From the IMG/VR virus record IMGVR_UViG_3300042691_048960: DNA of 64,000 bases. One strand, given 5' to 3'. This stretch comes from an uncultured virus (IMG/VR IMGVR_UViG_3300042691_048960). Its lineage: Duplodnaviria; Heunggongvirae; Uroviricota; Caudoviricetes. The notes below the pieces were generated by a model, which had not been told where the DNA came from, did not search any database, and saw only the letters and a list, made by a program, of their open reading frames with translations. The position numbers were made by a program, and so were the translations under genes. Each line of letters opens with the position of its first letter. Positions within the stretch are counted from its first letter, which is position 1. This document shows, in pieces, positions 55,731 through 64,000 of this stretch.

Positions 55731-57579
55731 GCTCCGGCGCGGGAATGAAACCAGCCCTGCCGAGGGCAGTATCTTTCGTGAATGGGATATAGTTCATCTT
55801 GCTCGTCACCGCTGCCGGCGGATCGTCGTTCTCTAAAACGATGACTTGCATACCTTGCGGCAAATCGCAGAGTTTCGCGTAAAATTTTTCCTTCATATCG
55901 TCTGTAATGGCTTCATCCTTTGCCACGTTCTTGTCAGCGCCACGATATGTTACCAACGGAGAATCCAAAACAACGAAGCCTGGATGCGGCATTTTTTTGC
56001 TTACGCAGAATTCCATTAACGAAATTATGAATGCAGCGTGAGTAATGGCTCTATAACCTTTGCCCTGTTCGGCACGGTTTTTATCCCCAATGATAATATC
56101 CTGATTCACTTCGCTAAAGGCAACGCGCCCTAAGTTCGGATATGACCAGTCAGTAAGTGTTTTCTCGATTATTTTCATTAGCTCGCCGGCTTCTGCCGCT
56201 TGTAAGCCGGTTAAGACAGGCGCAGTTTTAGGCGGGTTTTTCAGGTCTTTCTCTGCGGTGACTTTCAGATCTTCCATCACCTTGATTTGCTCCATCGTGC
56301 CAATCATTATTTCGACATTCTTTTTCGTTTCAAAAAGCTGTCGCAGATTGTTCCTTAGCACCGAGAGCTGCGGCTCTAGCTGCTTACCCACAACGCTGTC
56401 GATGCGCTTATATTCCTTTTCATTCAACTCCTTGAGCTTCGTGAAATCGTTGAGTTCGCTGCTGACTTGGGTAATCGTTTTGGCGAGGTCATTCTTTTGT
56501 GAGTTGATTTTCTTTTTCTCGCGCTCGCATGATGCTTTGATTTCAGAAATTTCTTTCTCGCTTATAACGCATTCCGGCTGATGATGCGCAGGCTCGGAAC
56601 CGCATACAGGGCAATTCACATCGTTTGAAAGGCTAAGGCCGTTACCCGTTTCTATGATAGCGTCCAGCCTATCCAAATCGGTTTGATAGTGTTGCGCCAG
56701 CAATGTAAAGCGGCTCAAAATTTCGGTTAGCTGGTCGATTTTTGACTCTGCGCCAATAGCCGTATCGTATGCAGCTTTACGTTCCTCGCGCAAATCTTCC
56801 ATGTCTTTTTGGTTCTGGAATATCTTGTTGGTATCGCCTTCGATGGTCAGACTCAATTTTTCCAGTTGATCTTCCAGCTCTTCCTTTGTGGTATCTTTTT
56901 TAACATCCATGCCACCGATGAGTTGCTGCAAAAGATTGATGCGCGCCGTAGCGTCTGCTTTACGAATTTCTGGCCGCTGCTGGACGATGATTCCGCTATA
57001 GTCGATGCCCGTTAGCATGAAGCGGAATAGTGCCTTTTCCTGCGTTTTGTCAGTATAAGGCCCAGTATAAATAGGCGACACATTTTCCTGAATCTTAATC
57101 TCATTTACCAAGAGAAGATTGCGCAAAATATTAAACGTCAGACTGACCGTTTCATTATGGTCATTTCGCTTTAGCCTCTTCTCTGTAAGCCCAACCAAAT
57201 CCAAAAGAAAATGTGAAATATTCTCTTTTTTGGCGTTTGCCGAGCCGTATAGGACCGTACTTTCAGTTTCTGCCGTGATGCTCTCAAAGTCAGCTTTGTA
57301 AACCTTCATGTCGTGTGAAAGCACACTGCGTTCGAGAGTGAAATCAACGTCACCCGCTGTGACTGTCAGAAAAAGATTTGTGTATCCCTTTGCTTCCGGC
57401 GGGTCTTTTGGCGGATTCGTGCCACCCAATATGTAATTCAAGCACTCAAAAATCAGCGTTTTGCCCGTATCGGATGGGCCGGATATAACGTTAAAGCCCG
57501 GTCGGAAATCAACAACCGCAGGCTTCTTTTCTGGTATATCGCTCGTGAAAACGAGCTTTTTTAATGTCAGCCTGTTCAT
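55720..57579 (-). CDS. SMC/Rad50-like ABC ATPase of an ABC-3C (Lamassu LmuB-like) system
   Basis: Walker A GPSDTGKT, coiled coils around a CPVC zinc hook, GKGYRA, Walker B VVLDSP. Confidence 0.85.
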   Translation of the reverse strand: MNRLTLKKLVFTSDIPEKKPAVVDFRPGFNVISGPSDTGKTLIFECLNYILGGTNPPKDPPEAKGYTNLFLTVTAGDVDFTLERSVLSHDMKVYKADFESITAETESTVLYGSANAKKENISHFLLDLVGLTEKRLKRNDHNETVSLTFNILRNLLLVNEIKIQENVSPIYTGPYTDKTQEKALFRFMLTGIDYSGIIVQQRPEIRKADATARINLLQQLIGGMDVKKDTTKEELEDQLEKLSLTIEGDTNKIFQNQKDMEDLREERKAAYDTAIGAESKIDQLTEILSRFTLLAQHYQTDLDRLDAIIETGNGLSLSNDVNCPVCGSEPAHHQPECVISEKEISEIKASCEREKKKINSQKNDLAKTITQVSSELNDFTKLKELNEKEYKRIDSVVGKQLEPQLSVLRNNLRQLFETKKNVEIMIGTMEQIKVMEDLKVTAEKDLKNPPKTAPVLTGLQAAEAGELMKIIEKTLTDWSYPNLGRVAFSEVNQDIIIGDKNRAEQGKGYRAITHAAFIISLMEFCVSKKMPHPGFVVLDSPLVTYRGADKNVAKDEAITDDMKEKFYAKLCDLPQGMQVIVLENDDPPAAVTSKMNYIPFTKDTALGRAGFIPAPEPIA

Positions 57580-58076
57580 ATTGTTCCGTGCTTTAATAAT
57601 GCTTCTCTCTCGAATTCACCGCCCCATCTATCAAGATTCTCCTGAAAGAACTTATCGAGCTGTTTATCCGTGTAATCATCGAACACACTGATCACCCACG
57701 CAGCACGTTCCTTGAGCAAGCCAACATAGCGTGATTCCAGTCCATCCATGAACGGTGTGGCATTATCCGACGCCTGATAAACAATACCCGTTTTATCATA
57801 CTCCCTGATGACAAGTTTTCTACTCATCATTAAAAGCAGCCCCTGTTCCAAAATATGACGCTTCACCAGCACTTCACCAGAGCGATGCGGAGTAGCAGGA
57901 TGGATACTTTCAGGACCACCAGCATCACCGGAATGCACCAGCAGATAATCGTAAAACACCAAACGTTGTAGGTCGTAATCGCGGGGGAAGGCGTGCTCCA
58001 ATATAACAAGTGAGCGTAGGCCGCACTCAATGGCACTATTAAAAGGATGGACGGATTTAACTTTCTTGACTGCCAT
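57576..58076 (-). CDS. ABC-3C middle component (LmuC-like)
   Basis: FNS..E.GLRSL..L...DLQRLVFYDYLLVHSGD..GP.S.HP.TP.RSGE. Confidence 0.8.
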   Translation of the reverse strand: MAVKKVKSVHPFNSAIECGLRSLVILEHAFPRDYDLQRLVFYDYLLVHSGDAGGPESIHPATPHRSGEVLVKRHILEQGLLLMMSRKLVIREYDKTGIVYQASDNATPFMDGLESRYVGLLKERAAWVISVFDDYTDKQLDKFFQENLDRWGGEFEREALLKHGTI

Positions 58077-59157
58077 TTGCCCACGATACTTTATTGTTAT
58101 TGGCGAGTTGATGACAAATACCAGCTCGATCTCTTGTTTCTAATCTTTCTTTTAGCGGATGTGAATCAATCTGTATTTTGTACGCTTCTTGCACCGCATT
58201 TTTTACGCGTTCAAGGCCGTGACTATGTTCAGAAAGTATTATGTTTTCAATGCCAGTAAAAATCTCATCCTGCAATCGCTCAAACTCTCCCGCTTCCAAA
58301 TAGTCTCTTGAAAATTTGTGTAACGATTCAGCGCAATAAAAATGAATGCGGGCATCTCGCAGGTGCTTCTTCAATCCCAAATTTGCATCCACATCACTCA
58401 TGTTACAGGTGTCTTTCTGCAAAAATTCAGCATAAGCATCAAAGAGCTTTTGAATATAAACCGCTTCGATCTCAGCATGGTCATCTGGCGGAACTTCATT
58501 AGTAGGACGCAAAGGCAAGCCGCCGCCGAACCGATGATGATAGTATGGCGTTTTACGGTGAATTTCGAGCATTTGCAAAACCGTTTTGTCCTTCACGATT
58601 GAAAAATCAAACGCCTCAACATATGCCTTTAATTCACCAGTCAGCGGAATTTTTTTAGTAGAGGTGATTGCGTTCTCGCAGTGCTTCTTCCATGCTTTGA
58701 TGAGCTGTTTCCTGAGCTCGTCGGGCTTGCCCCCGCGCAGTAGTTTTGACAGCGCAGTGCCGATGCCCAGAGGGGCAACAAAATAATAGTTCTCCGGCAC
58801 AGAGTATTCTTTGATGAACGTGTAATAGCAGAGCTTTCCTAACTCAAGCCATACATCGGTCGGGTACAGCGCGTTCTTATAATGCTTACACTGATAATTG
58901 TCCCAGCCTCCTGCAAAGCCCTTATCAGTTTTGAATGCCGCAATATCTATACCTTGATCACCCGCACCACCAGCACGGCTGACGGAGTGATATTCTTTCT
59001 TTAAGCTATGGGTACATTCCTCCGTATATTGCTCCCACTCCTTATCGTCGTAGAGCTGGATAATTCTTTGCGGCAGGATATTTTGCCCGTTTTTTACCAC
59101 GTCGCTATAGGTCGGTGGCACAGCTGGAATGTCAATATCTTTAAGCTCAATTACCAT
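58057..59157 (-). CDS. ABC-3C effector (LmuA-like): restriction-endonuclease-like N-terminus plus C-terminal domain
   Basis: GGAGDQGID...YQCKHY nuclease motif; C-terminal FY.AESL...GICHQLAN...W. Confidence 0.8.
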   Translation of the reverse strand: MVIELKDIDIPAVPPTYSDVVKNGQNILPQRIIQLYDDKEWEQYTEECTHSLKKEYHSVSRAGGAGDQGIDIAAFKTDKGFAGGWDNYQCKHYKNALYPTDVWLELGKLCYYTFIKEYSVPENYYFVAPLGIGTALSKLLRGGKPDELRKQLIKAWKKHCENAITSTKKIPLTGELKAYVEAFDFSIVKDKTVLQMLEIHRKTPYYHHRFGGGLPLRPTNEVPPDDHAEIEAVYIQKLFDAYAEFLQKDTCNMSDVDANLGLKKHLRDARIHFYCAESLHKFSRDYLEAGEFERLQDEIFTGIENIILSEHSHGLERVKNAVQEAYKIQIDSHPLKERLETRDRAGICHQLANNNKVSWANGSQES

Positions 59158-59160
59158 GCT

Positions 59161-61872
59161 CTATTTCCCAAACCTCGAAAGAATCCCAGCTAACGTCGCA
59201 CTTGGCTTGATCTCGGTGTGAGGGATAAGCACATAGCGCCACGGCTTTCCGCCATGCTGTAGCTCATGTTCCGTTGCAGCCTCACACCAGCGGATAGCAG
59301 CTGCGGCTTTTTCCTTCACTTCTTCGGATTCCACATCTCGTTCGGCTTTAGGCTCACAGATCAGCTTTTCCGTTTTTGTTTCCACCACAAAGTCAGGCTC
59401 GTAGGTGTTTTCACTCGTGTAGAAGATTTTGAAATCTTCGCGCGCGGGCTTAAACCATTTGAGCACTGCGTCCTCATCTTCCAGCATCACAGCGAATTGC
59501 CGCTCAGTGTCGGAGTGGAATTTCTGGATAGGGTATAGGCATTTGCGATAGCCCTGGAAAAGCATCCCACGGATCATCGAGCGTTCATCGACATTATTGC
59601 GGAAATAGCGGGCTTTCTCACCTGCATCATAGGAAACGCTGGCAATCTTCGGACGCTCAAAACCGCGCACTACGGTCACTTCAAACTCTGTCACTCCACG
59701 GCGGAAATGTGCCTGCATCTGAGCATGAACAACGTTTGCAAGCTCCTTGCGGAAGTATTGCAGGACGTTCAGCACATCATCAGCTTCGGTCAGGTATGAG
59801 CGCAGATAGGCAACCATCTGGCCGGCGAGGTCATATAGCACATCCGCATGGTCATCATACGAGATGTCATCAAAATCCATGAGCGCCGATACGATATAGT
59901 TTTCTGGGCGTTCCTCATCGAAAATGACGTAATCGCTTTGCAACTGCTCACGCTTCGATGTGCGCAGGTGCTGAATCAGAATCTGTTGCTCAACAGGGTT
60001 GAAGCGGCCAATCCCTGCGGTATCCAGCTTGAAGTGCTCAAACGTATAGTTTTTTGAGCCTTTCGGGGTCAGGATGATGCGCGGAATATCAATCGTGTTC
60101 TGGATAAACGCATCGGTAACTTTTTTCACCAATTCCGCTACGTTCGGCTTTTCAATGATTCCAGTAAGCTCCGCTTGTGCAGGCGCAATGCGTTCTTCTA
60201 CTTGACGGATGATTTCCTGCTGGATTTTTTCTTCGCTCAAATTGCGGGAAGTTGGCAAGCGCTCAAAGGTTTTGATGGCTTCCATCGTGAACTTGGCGAC
60301 TTCCTTTTCCGCTTCGTTTAGTACCAATGGCTGCTGAACAGGACGCGCTGGTGCAGCACCAGAGGTCGATGGTTCAAAGAAGTCATCGGGCATGGATGCG
60401 GTAGCCTGGTTGCCCAGAATGGCATCAAGGTTAGAGCGTATCTCAACGGCTTTCTTCGGAGTCAGACTAATATCGCGGCCGATGACGATGCCAGTGCGGA
60501 TAATCGAGTGCTTCTCGTTGGATTCCTTAATGATTTCATCGAAGCGGTCATGCGCCACGATGGTCAGGCGATCTACCGCTGATACACCTGTGCGCTTGCC
60601 ATAAGGCAGACGCAAACCGCGCCCGATAGATTGCTCCACCAGCGTGCGTGAGTTGGCGGCGCGCAGCGGCACAATCGTGTAAAGGTTGGTTACGTCCCAA
60701 CCTTCTTTCAGCATATTCACGTGTACGACGATTTCCGTTGGTTCGTTCGGATCTTCCACCGCAAGCAAGCGCTGCACGGTTTCGTCCTTTTCCTCGCCTG
60801 ATTGCGCTGAATGCACCGTAATTACACGGTCACGGTATCTGCCTTGGAAGAAGTCATCGCTCTTAATCATCTCGACGATTTTGCCGGCATGGGTAGTGTC
60901 CTGTGCCACAACCAGCATAAACGGCTTCACATAAGGCTTATCGTTATTGTCGGCATAGACTTTCAGCTCAGTTTTCACCGTTTCATGAATGCGGATGCCA
61001 TCTTCCAGCTTGAGCTGTTCCAGCTGATCTTCTGTATAATTCGCAGCGTTGAAGTTTTCCCGCGTTGCAACGGCTGGCTCTTTCACATAGCCATCTTCCA
61101 TAGCACGATATAGCGGGTAGCTATAAATCACGTTCTTAAACGGTATCGCTTTCTTGCCTTGCTCCACCTGCGGCGTAGCGGTGAGTTCCAGCCCCAGCAC
61201 AGGTTTGAGTTCATTCAGAGCACGGATGCCCGCGCTGGCGCGATAGCGGTGCGATTCATCCATAAGCAGCACCAAATCTTCCAACTTGGAAAGATAGTCA
61301 AAATAGCTCTCACCGATATATTCTGACAGCTTGCGGATGCGGGGCGTGTTGCCACCACGGACTTCGCTGTTAATTTTCGAGATGTTGAAAATGTTGATAT
61401 GAATCGTTTCTGCCTGTCCCAAAAGGTCGGTGCCGCGCACACCGCGTCCTGTTTCATAGTTGTCGCCAGTGATGATTTCAGGCGGGTTCAGCACAAACTC
61501 TGAAATGCCCTGAAACACATATTTGCGCGTGTTCGGTGTGAAGTCCTCGATCAGCTTATTGTAAATGGTCAGGTTCGGCGCCAGCACGAAGAAATGCTTG
61601 ATGCCCTTGGCGAGGTGCAGGTAGCTGATAAATGCACCCATAAGGCGGGTTTTACCCACACCAGTGGCAAGCGCAAAGCACATAGATGGAAACTCACGTT
61701 CAAATTCCTCGACGGTTGGAAACTCAGACTTGATGATTTCCAAATCCTGCTCAAGAGTGCGCTCCTTATTCAGCGGGATGATTTCCGAGATGCGCGACAG
61801 GATTTCCAGCGATTCACGCTGCGGCGTGCGTAAGCTGAGGCGGTTGCTGATTGTGTTAATGTGTTTGTTCAT
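59161..61872 (-). CDS. res: Type III restriction enzyme Res subunit
   Basis: LATGVGKT, DESH, TATP, EGWDV, QSIGRGLR helicase motifs; C-terminal YEPDFVVE...EPK nuclease. Confidence 0.92.
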   Translation of the reverse strand: MNKHINTISNRLSLRTPQRESLEILSRISEIIPLNKERTLEQDLEIIKSEFPTVEEFEREFPSMCFALATGVGKTRLMGAFISYLHLAKGIKHFFVLAPNLTIYNKLIEDFTPNTRKYVFQGISEFVLNPPEIITGDNYETGRGVRGTDLLGQAETIHINIFNISKINSEVRGGNTPRIRKLSEYIGESYFDYLSKLEDLVLLMDESHRYRASAGIRALNELKPVLGLELTATPQVEQGKKAIPFKNVIYSYPLYRAMEDGYVKEPAVATRENFNAANYTEDQLEQLKLEDGIRIHETVKTELKVYADNNDKPYVKPFMLVVAQDTTHAGKIVEMIKSDDFFQGRYRDRVITVHSAQSGEEKDETVQRLLAVEDPNEPTEIVVHVNMLKEGWDVTNLYTIVPLRAANSRTLVEQSIGRGLRLPYGKRTGVSAVDRLTIVAHDRFDEIIKESNEKHSIIRTGIVIGRDISLTPKKAVEIRSNLDAILGNQATASMPDDFFEPSTSGAAPARPVQQPLVLNEAEKEVAKFTMEAIKTFERLPTSRNLSEEKIQQEIIRQVEERIAPAQAELTGIIEKPNVAELVKKVTDAFIQNTIDIPRIILTPKGSKNYTFEHFKLDTAGIGRFNPVEQQILIQHLRTSKREQLQSDYVIFDEERPENYIVSALMDFDDISYDDHADVLYDLAGQMVAYLRSYLTEADDVLNVLQYFRKELANVVHAQMQAHFRRGVTEFEVTVVRGFERPKIASVSYDAGEKARYFRNNVDERSMIRGMLFQGYRKCLYPIQKFHSDTERQFAVMLEDEDAVLKWFKPAREDFKIFYTSENTYEPDFVVETKTEKLICEPKAERDVESEEVKEKAAAAIRWCEAATEHELQHGGKPWRYVLIPHTEIKPSATLAGILSRFGK

Positions 61873-61875
61873 AAA

Positions 61876-63537
61876 TTACTCCCCAGCCTCTTCAAACAGC
61901 GGCATCGTTGTGGCTGGTTTTGATTTTTTGGTGGTTTTCTCTTCTGGTTCTTCCTTCGCCATTGGCAGATTCTGCACATTCAGCGAGTAGTCGTCTTTTC
62001 CCCATTCGCACTTATTCAGCACTGTGCGCGGTATTTTTTTGAGGGTCAGGTTCGGGAACTCATCAGCCTTCACACGGAATGCACCGCAACATATTAACAG
62101 ACTGCGGTTATCACCGACTTCCTGTGAAATCGTCGCAAGCTGCGCCTGATCCATCGTCTGCGTGGTGACATAAATGAAATCGGTTTCGGTCGATGCGCCA
62201 TGAATCCAGTAATGCTCATCACTCGGCGCATACTTAAAGCCCATGATTTTGCACAGAGCTTCGGAAAGCATCGCAGGGTTAAATTCTTTGCTGATAATCC
62301 AGTTACCCCAGCGGTCTTTCTCCAACATGGAAGGGGCAAGGTTATAATAGCGGAAACCGCCGCCGCCTTTCCATTCCACCGCCTTGCTGATGCCGCCTTG
62401 ATCTTCGCCGTCAATCACCTTTTTCAGGCGTGGAGCGATATGGGTATGGCAGTGCTCACCCAGTTCCACCATTATCCACTTGCGTCCCATCTTATGCGCT
62501 ACTGCACCAGTGGTGCCTGAGCCGCCGAAGGAATCGAGCACTAGGTCGCCTGGAGTAGTCGCTAGATGGAGTATTCTCTGAATTAACCTTTCTGGCTTAG
62601 GAGTAGCAAAGACATCTGATAATTCAGGGAAAATTAATTTTACTTCCTTTTTGGCTTCATCATTATGGCCAACGTCCTTATATTCCCACCATGTAGTGCT
62701 TGGCACAGAATCTGAAACTTCGTTTAGAAACCTTTTTAAGCGCGGGACATTGTTTCCGCTTTCTCCGAACCAAATTCTGTTCTCGGCGACGAGTTCTTCA
62801 TATTTCTCTTTCGTAAATCTCCAGCTGGTGCCTTTAGGAGGCATGTGTGAACGCCCTGAAGGGCCGATTATCGGATAAATTGCATAATCTCTTGCTTCGT
62901 TTCTAAGCAGGTCGCCTGAAGTCCATGGTCCGCGTGGATCATTATCTTGATTCTTATACCTAGCATCTTGAGCGTCTGTTCGAGGAAGACGGTTTAGAAC
63001 AAATTTTTCCTTATTTTTTGCATAGATTATGACGTAATCATGCGACTCAGAAAGATACTTTGAATCACTTTTAGCACCGTATTTTTTCTGCCAAAGTGCG
63101 GTGGCAACAAAATTCATCCTGCCAAACACCTCATCACAAAGCACTTTCAAATAGTGGGCTTCGTTATCATCAATCGTAATCCATATTGAGCCTTCATTCG
63201 CCATTAGACGTTTAAGAATTTCCAAGCGGTCACGCATCAAACTAAGCCAAATGGAATGCTCAATACCATCGTCATAATGCTCAAATGCCGAGCCGGTGTT
63301 GTAAGGCGGGTCGATGAAAACGCATTTCACTTCACCCGCGTAATCAGCCTCCAATGCGCGCAGGGCAAGTAAGTTATCGCCATGAATCAGTACATTATCA
63401 AAAACATCATTCTCACTATGACGCTGCTTTGCATGATAGGACAGCTTGGTATCTTCAAGCAGAATGCGCGGCTCCAGCTTCGGCGTTTTTTCTTTGCCAA
63501 TCCATGTTAATTCGAGCTTTTGTTTTTTCGCTGCCAT
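61876..63537 (-). CDS. mod: Type III restriction-modification Mod methyltransferase
   Basis: IHGDNL, IDPPYNTG, FATPKPE.LI, LDSFGGSGTT. Confidence 0.95.
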   Translation of the reverse strand: MAAKKQKLELTWIGKEKTPKLEPRILLEDTKLSYHAKQRHSENDVFDNVLIHGDNLLALRALEADYAGEVKCVFIDPPYNTGSAFEHYDDGIEHSIWLSLMRDRLEILKRLMANEGSIWITIDDNEAHYLKVLCDEVFGRMNFVATALWQKKYGAKSDSKYLSESHDYVIIYAKNKEKFVLNRLPRTDAQDARYKNQDNDPRGPWTSGDLLRNEARDYAIYPIIGPSGRSHMPPKGTSWRFTKEKYEELVAENRIWFGESGNNVPRLKRFLNEVSDSVPSTTWWEYKDVGHNDEAKKEVKLIFPELSDVFATPKPERLIQRILHLATTPGDLVLDSFGGSGTTGAVAHKMGRKWIMVELGEHCHTHIAPRLKKVIDGEDQGGISKAVEWKGGGGFRYYNLAPSMLEKDRWGNWIISKEFNPAMLSEALCKIMGFKYAPSDEHYWIHGASTETDFIYVTTQTMDQAQLATISQEVGDNRSLLICCGAFRVKADEFPNLTLKKIPRTVLNKCEWGKDDYSLNVQNLPMAKEEPEEKTTKKSKPATTMPLFEEAGE

Positions 63538-63545
63538 AATTCCCT

Positions 63546-64000
63546 CTAGTGTATGCTCCAGCTGACCTGGAAAATTTCTGTTACTTCATGCCGCGTGCTT
63601 TGCAGCTGTTTCTCGATCTGCTTAATCAGTGTGTCGCGTTTTTTGTCGATTTCATCCTGGGCGGTGTAAAGCTCATGACGCTTGGCGGTGCGGCGTTTTT
63701 CCTGCGCTGCTTTCTGGCGCTGGAATTCCAGCTTTTCACTTAATGCCACCATTTGCTTAGATTGACGGTCAAGCTCTCGGATGTCCTTATCGAGCTTCTT
63801 GATTTCCAGCTCCAAACCGTTTTTCAGATCTTCCGCCCAGCGGTCGAGCTTATCTAGCTCTTCATTAAAATAGCTGTGATTGTTGATTTCCGCTTCTTGA
63901 AGCATTTTGCCAGTGCGAGAGCGCACATCAGCTTCAATATGCTCGTTGAAAGGGCATGGCTTATGTTTTGTGTTAGTTTCCGCTGGAAGGAAAAAAAGTT
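63546..64000 (-). CDS. C-terminus of a probable SNF2-type helicase (5' part outside window)
   Basis: Frame is open to the window edge; YF.EE.DKLD.WA.DLK..LE.EIK coiled-coil tail typical of helicases upstream of type III mod. Confidence 0.6.
   Translation of the reverse strand, partial: LFFLPAETNTKHKPCPFNEHIEADVRSRTGKMLQEAEINNHSYFNEELDKLDRWAEDLKNGLELEIKKLDKDIRELDRQSKQMVALSEKLEFQRQKAAQEKRRTAKRHELYTAQDEIDKKRDTLIKQIEKQLQSTRHEVTEIFQVSWSIH

Overview
The window has three blocks. (1) 1 to ~43240 is most of a temperate siphovirus-type prophage; the RcGTA-like tail genes suggest an alphaproteobacterial host, and the integrase/left end lies outside the window. It carries RecT/RecE-like recombination, CI/Cro, replication and late-regulator genes, a ~7.6-kb leftward accessory cassette punctuated by a repeated 11-mer, a D-stem-less tRNA-like element ending in CCA, a putative DNA-modification pair, head, neck and tail genes, an antisense HU gene and lysis genes. 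(2) 43279-53136 (minus strand) is the most striking part: a diversity-generating retroelement (RT, Avd, 113-bp TR) built into a tightly coupled operon with a MoxR-type AAA+ ATPase and a HExxH/vWA protein. It has two paralogous targets whose variable repeats differ from the TR almost only at adenines (12/12 and 15/17 differences, counted by hand). These repeats lie in the N-terminal third of the proteins rather than at the C-terminus, and the phage tail fibre is not a target. (3) 53316-64000 is a defence island: XRE regulators, a TM0106-like nuclease, an ABC-3C/Lamassu-like trio, type III Res/Mod and the 3' end of a probable SNF2-type helicase. All family assignments come from motif recognition by eye; no database search was run.
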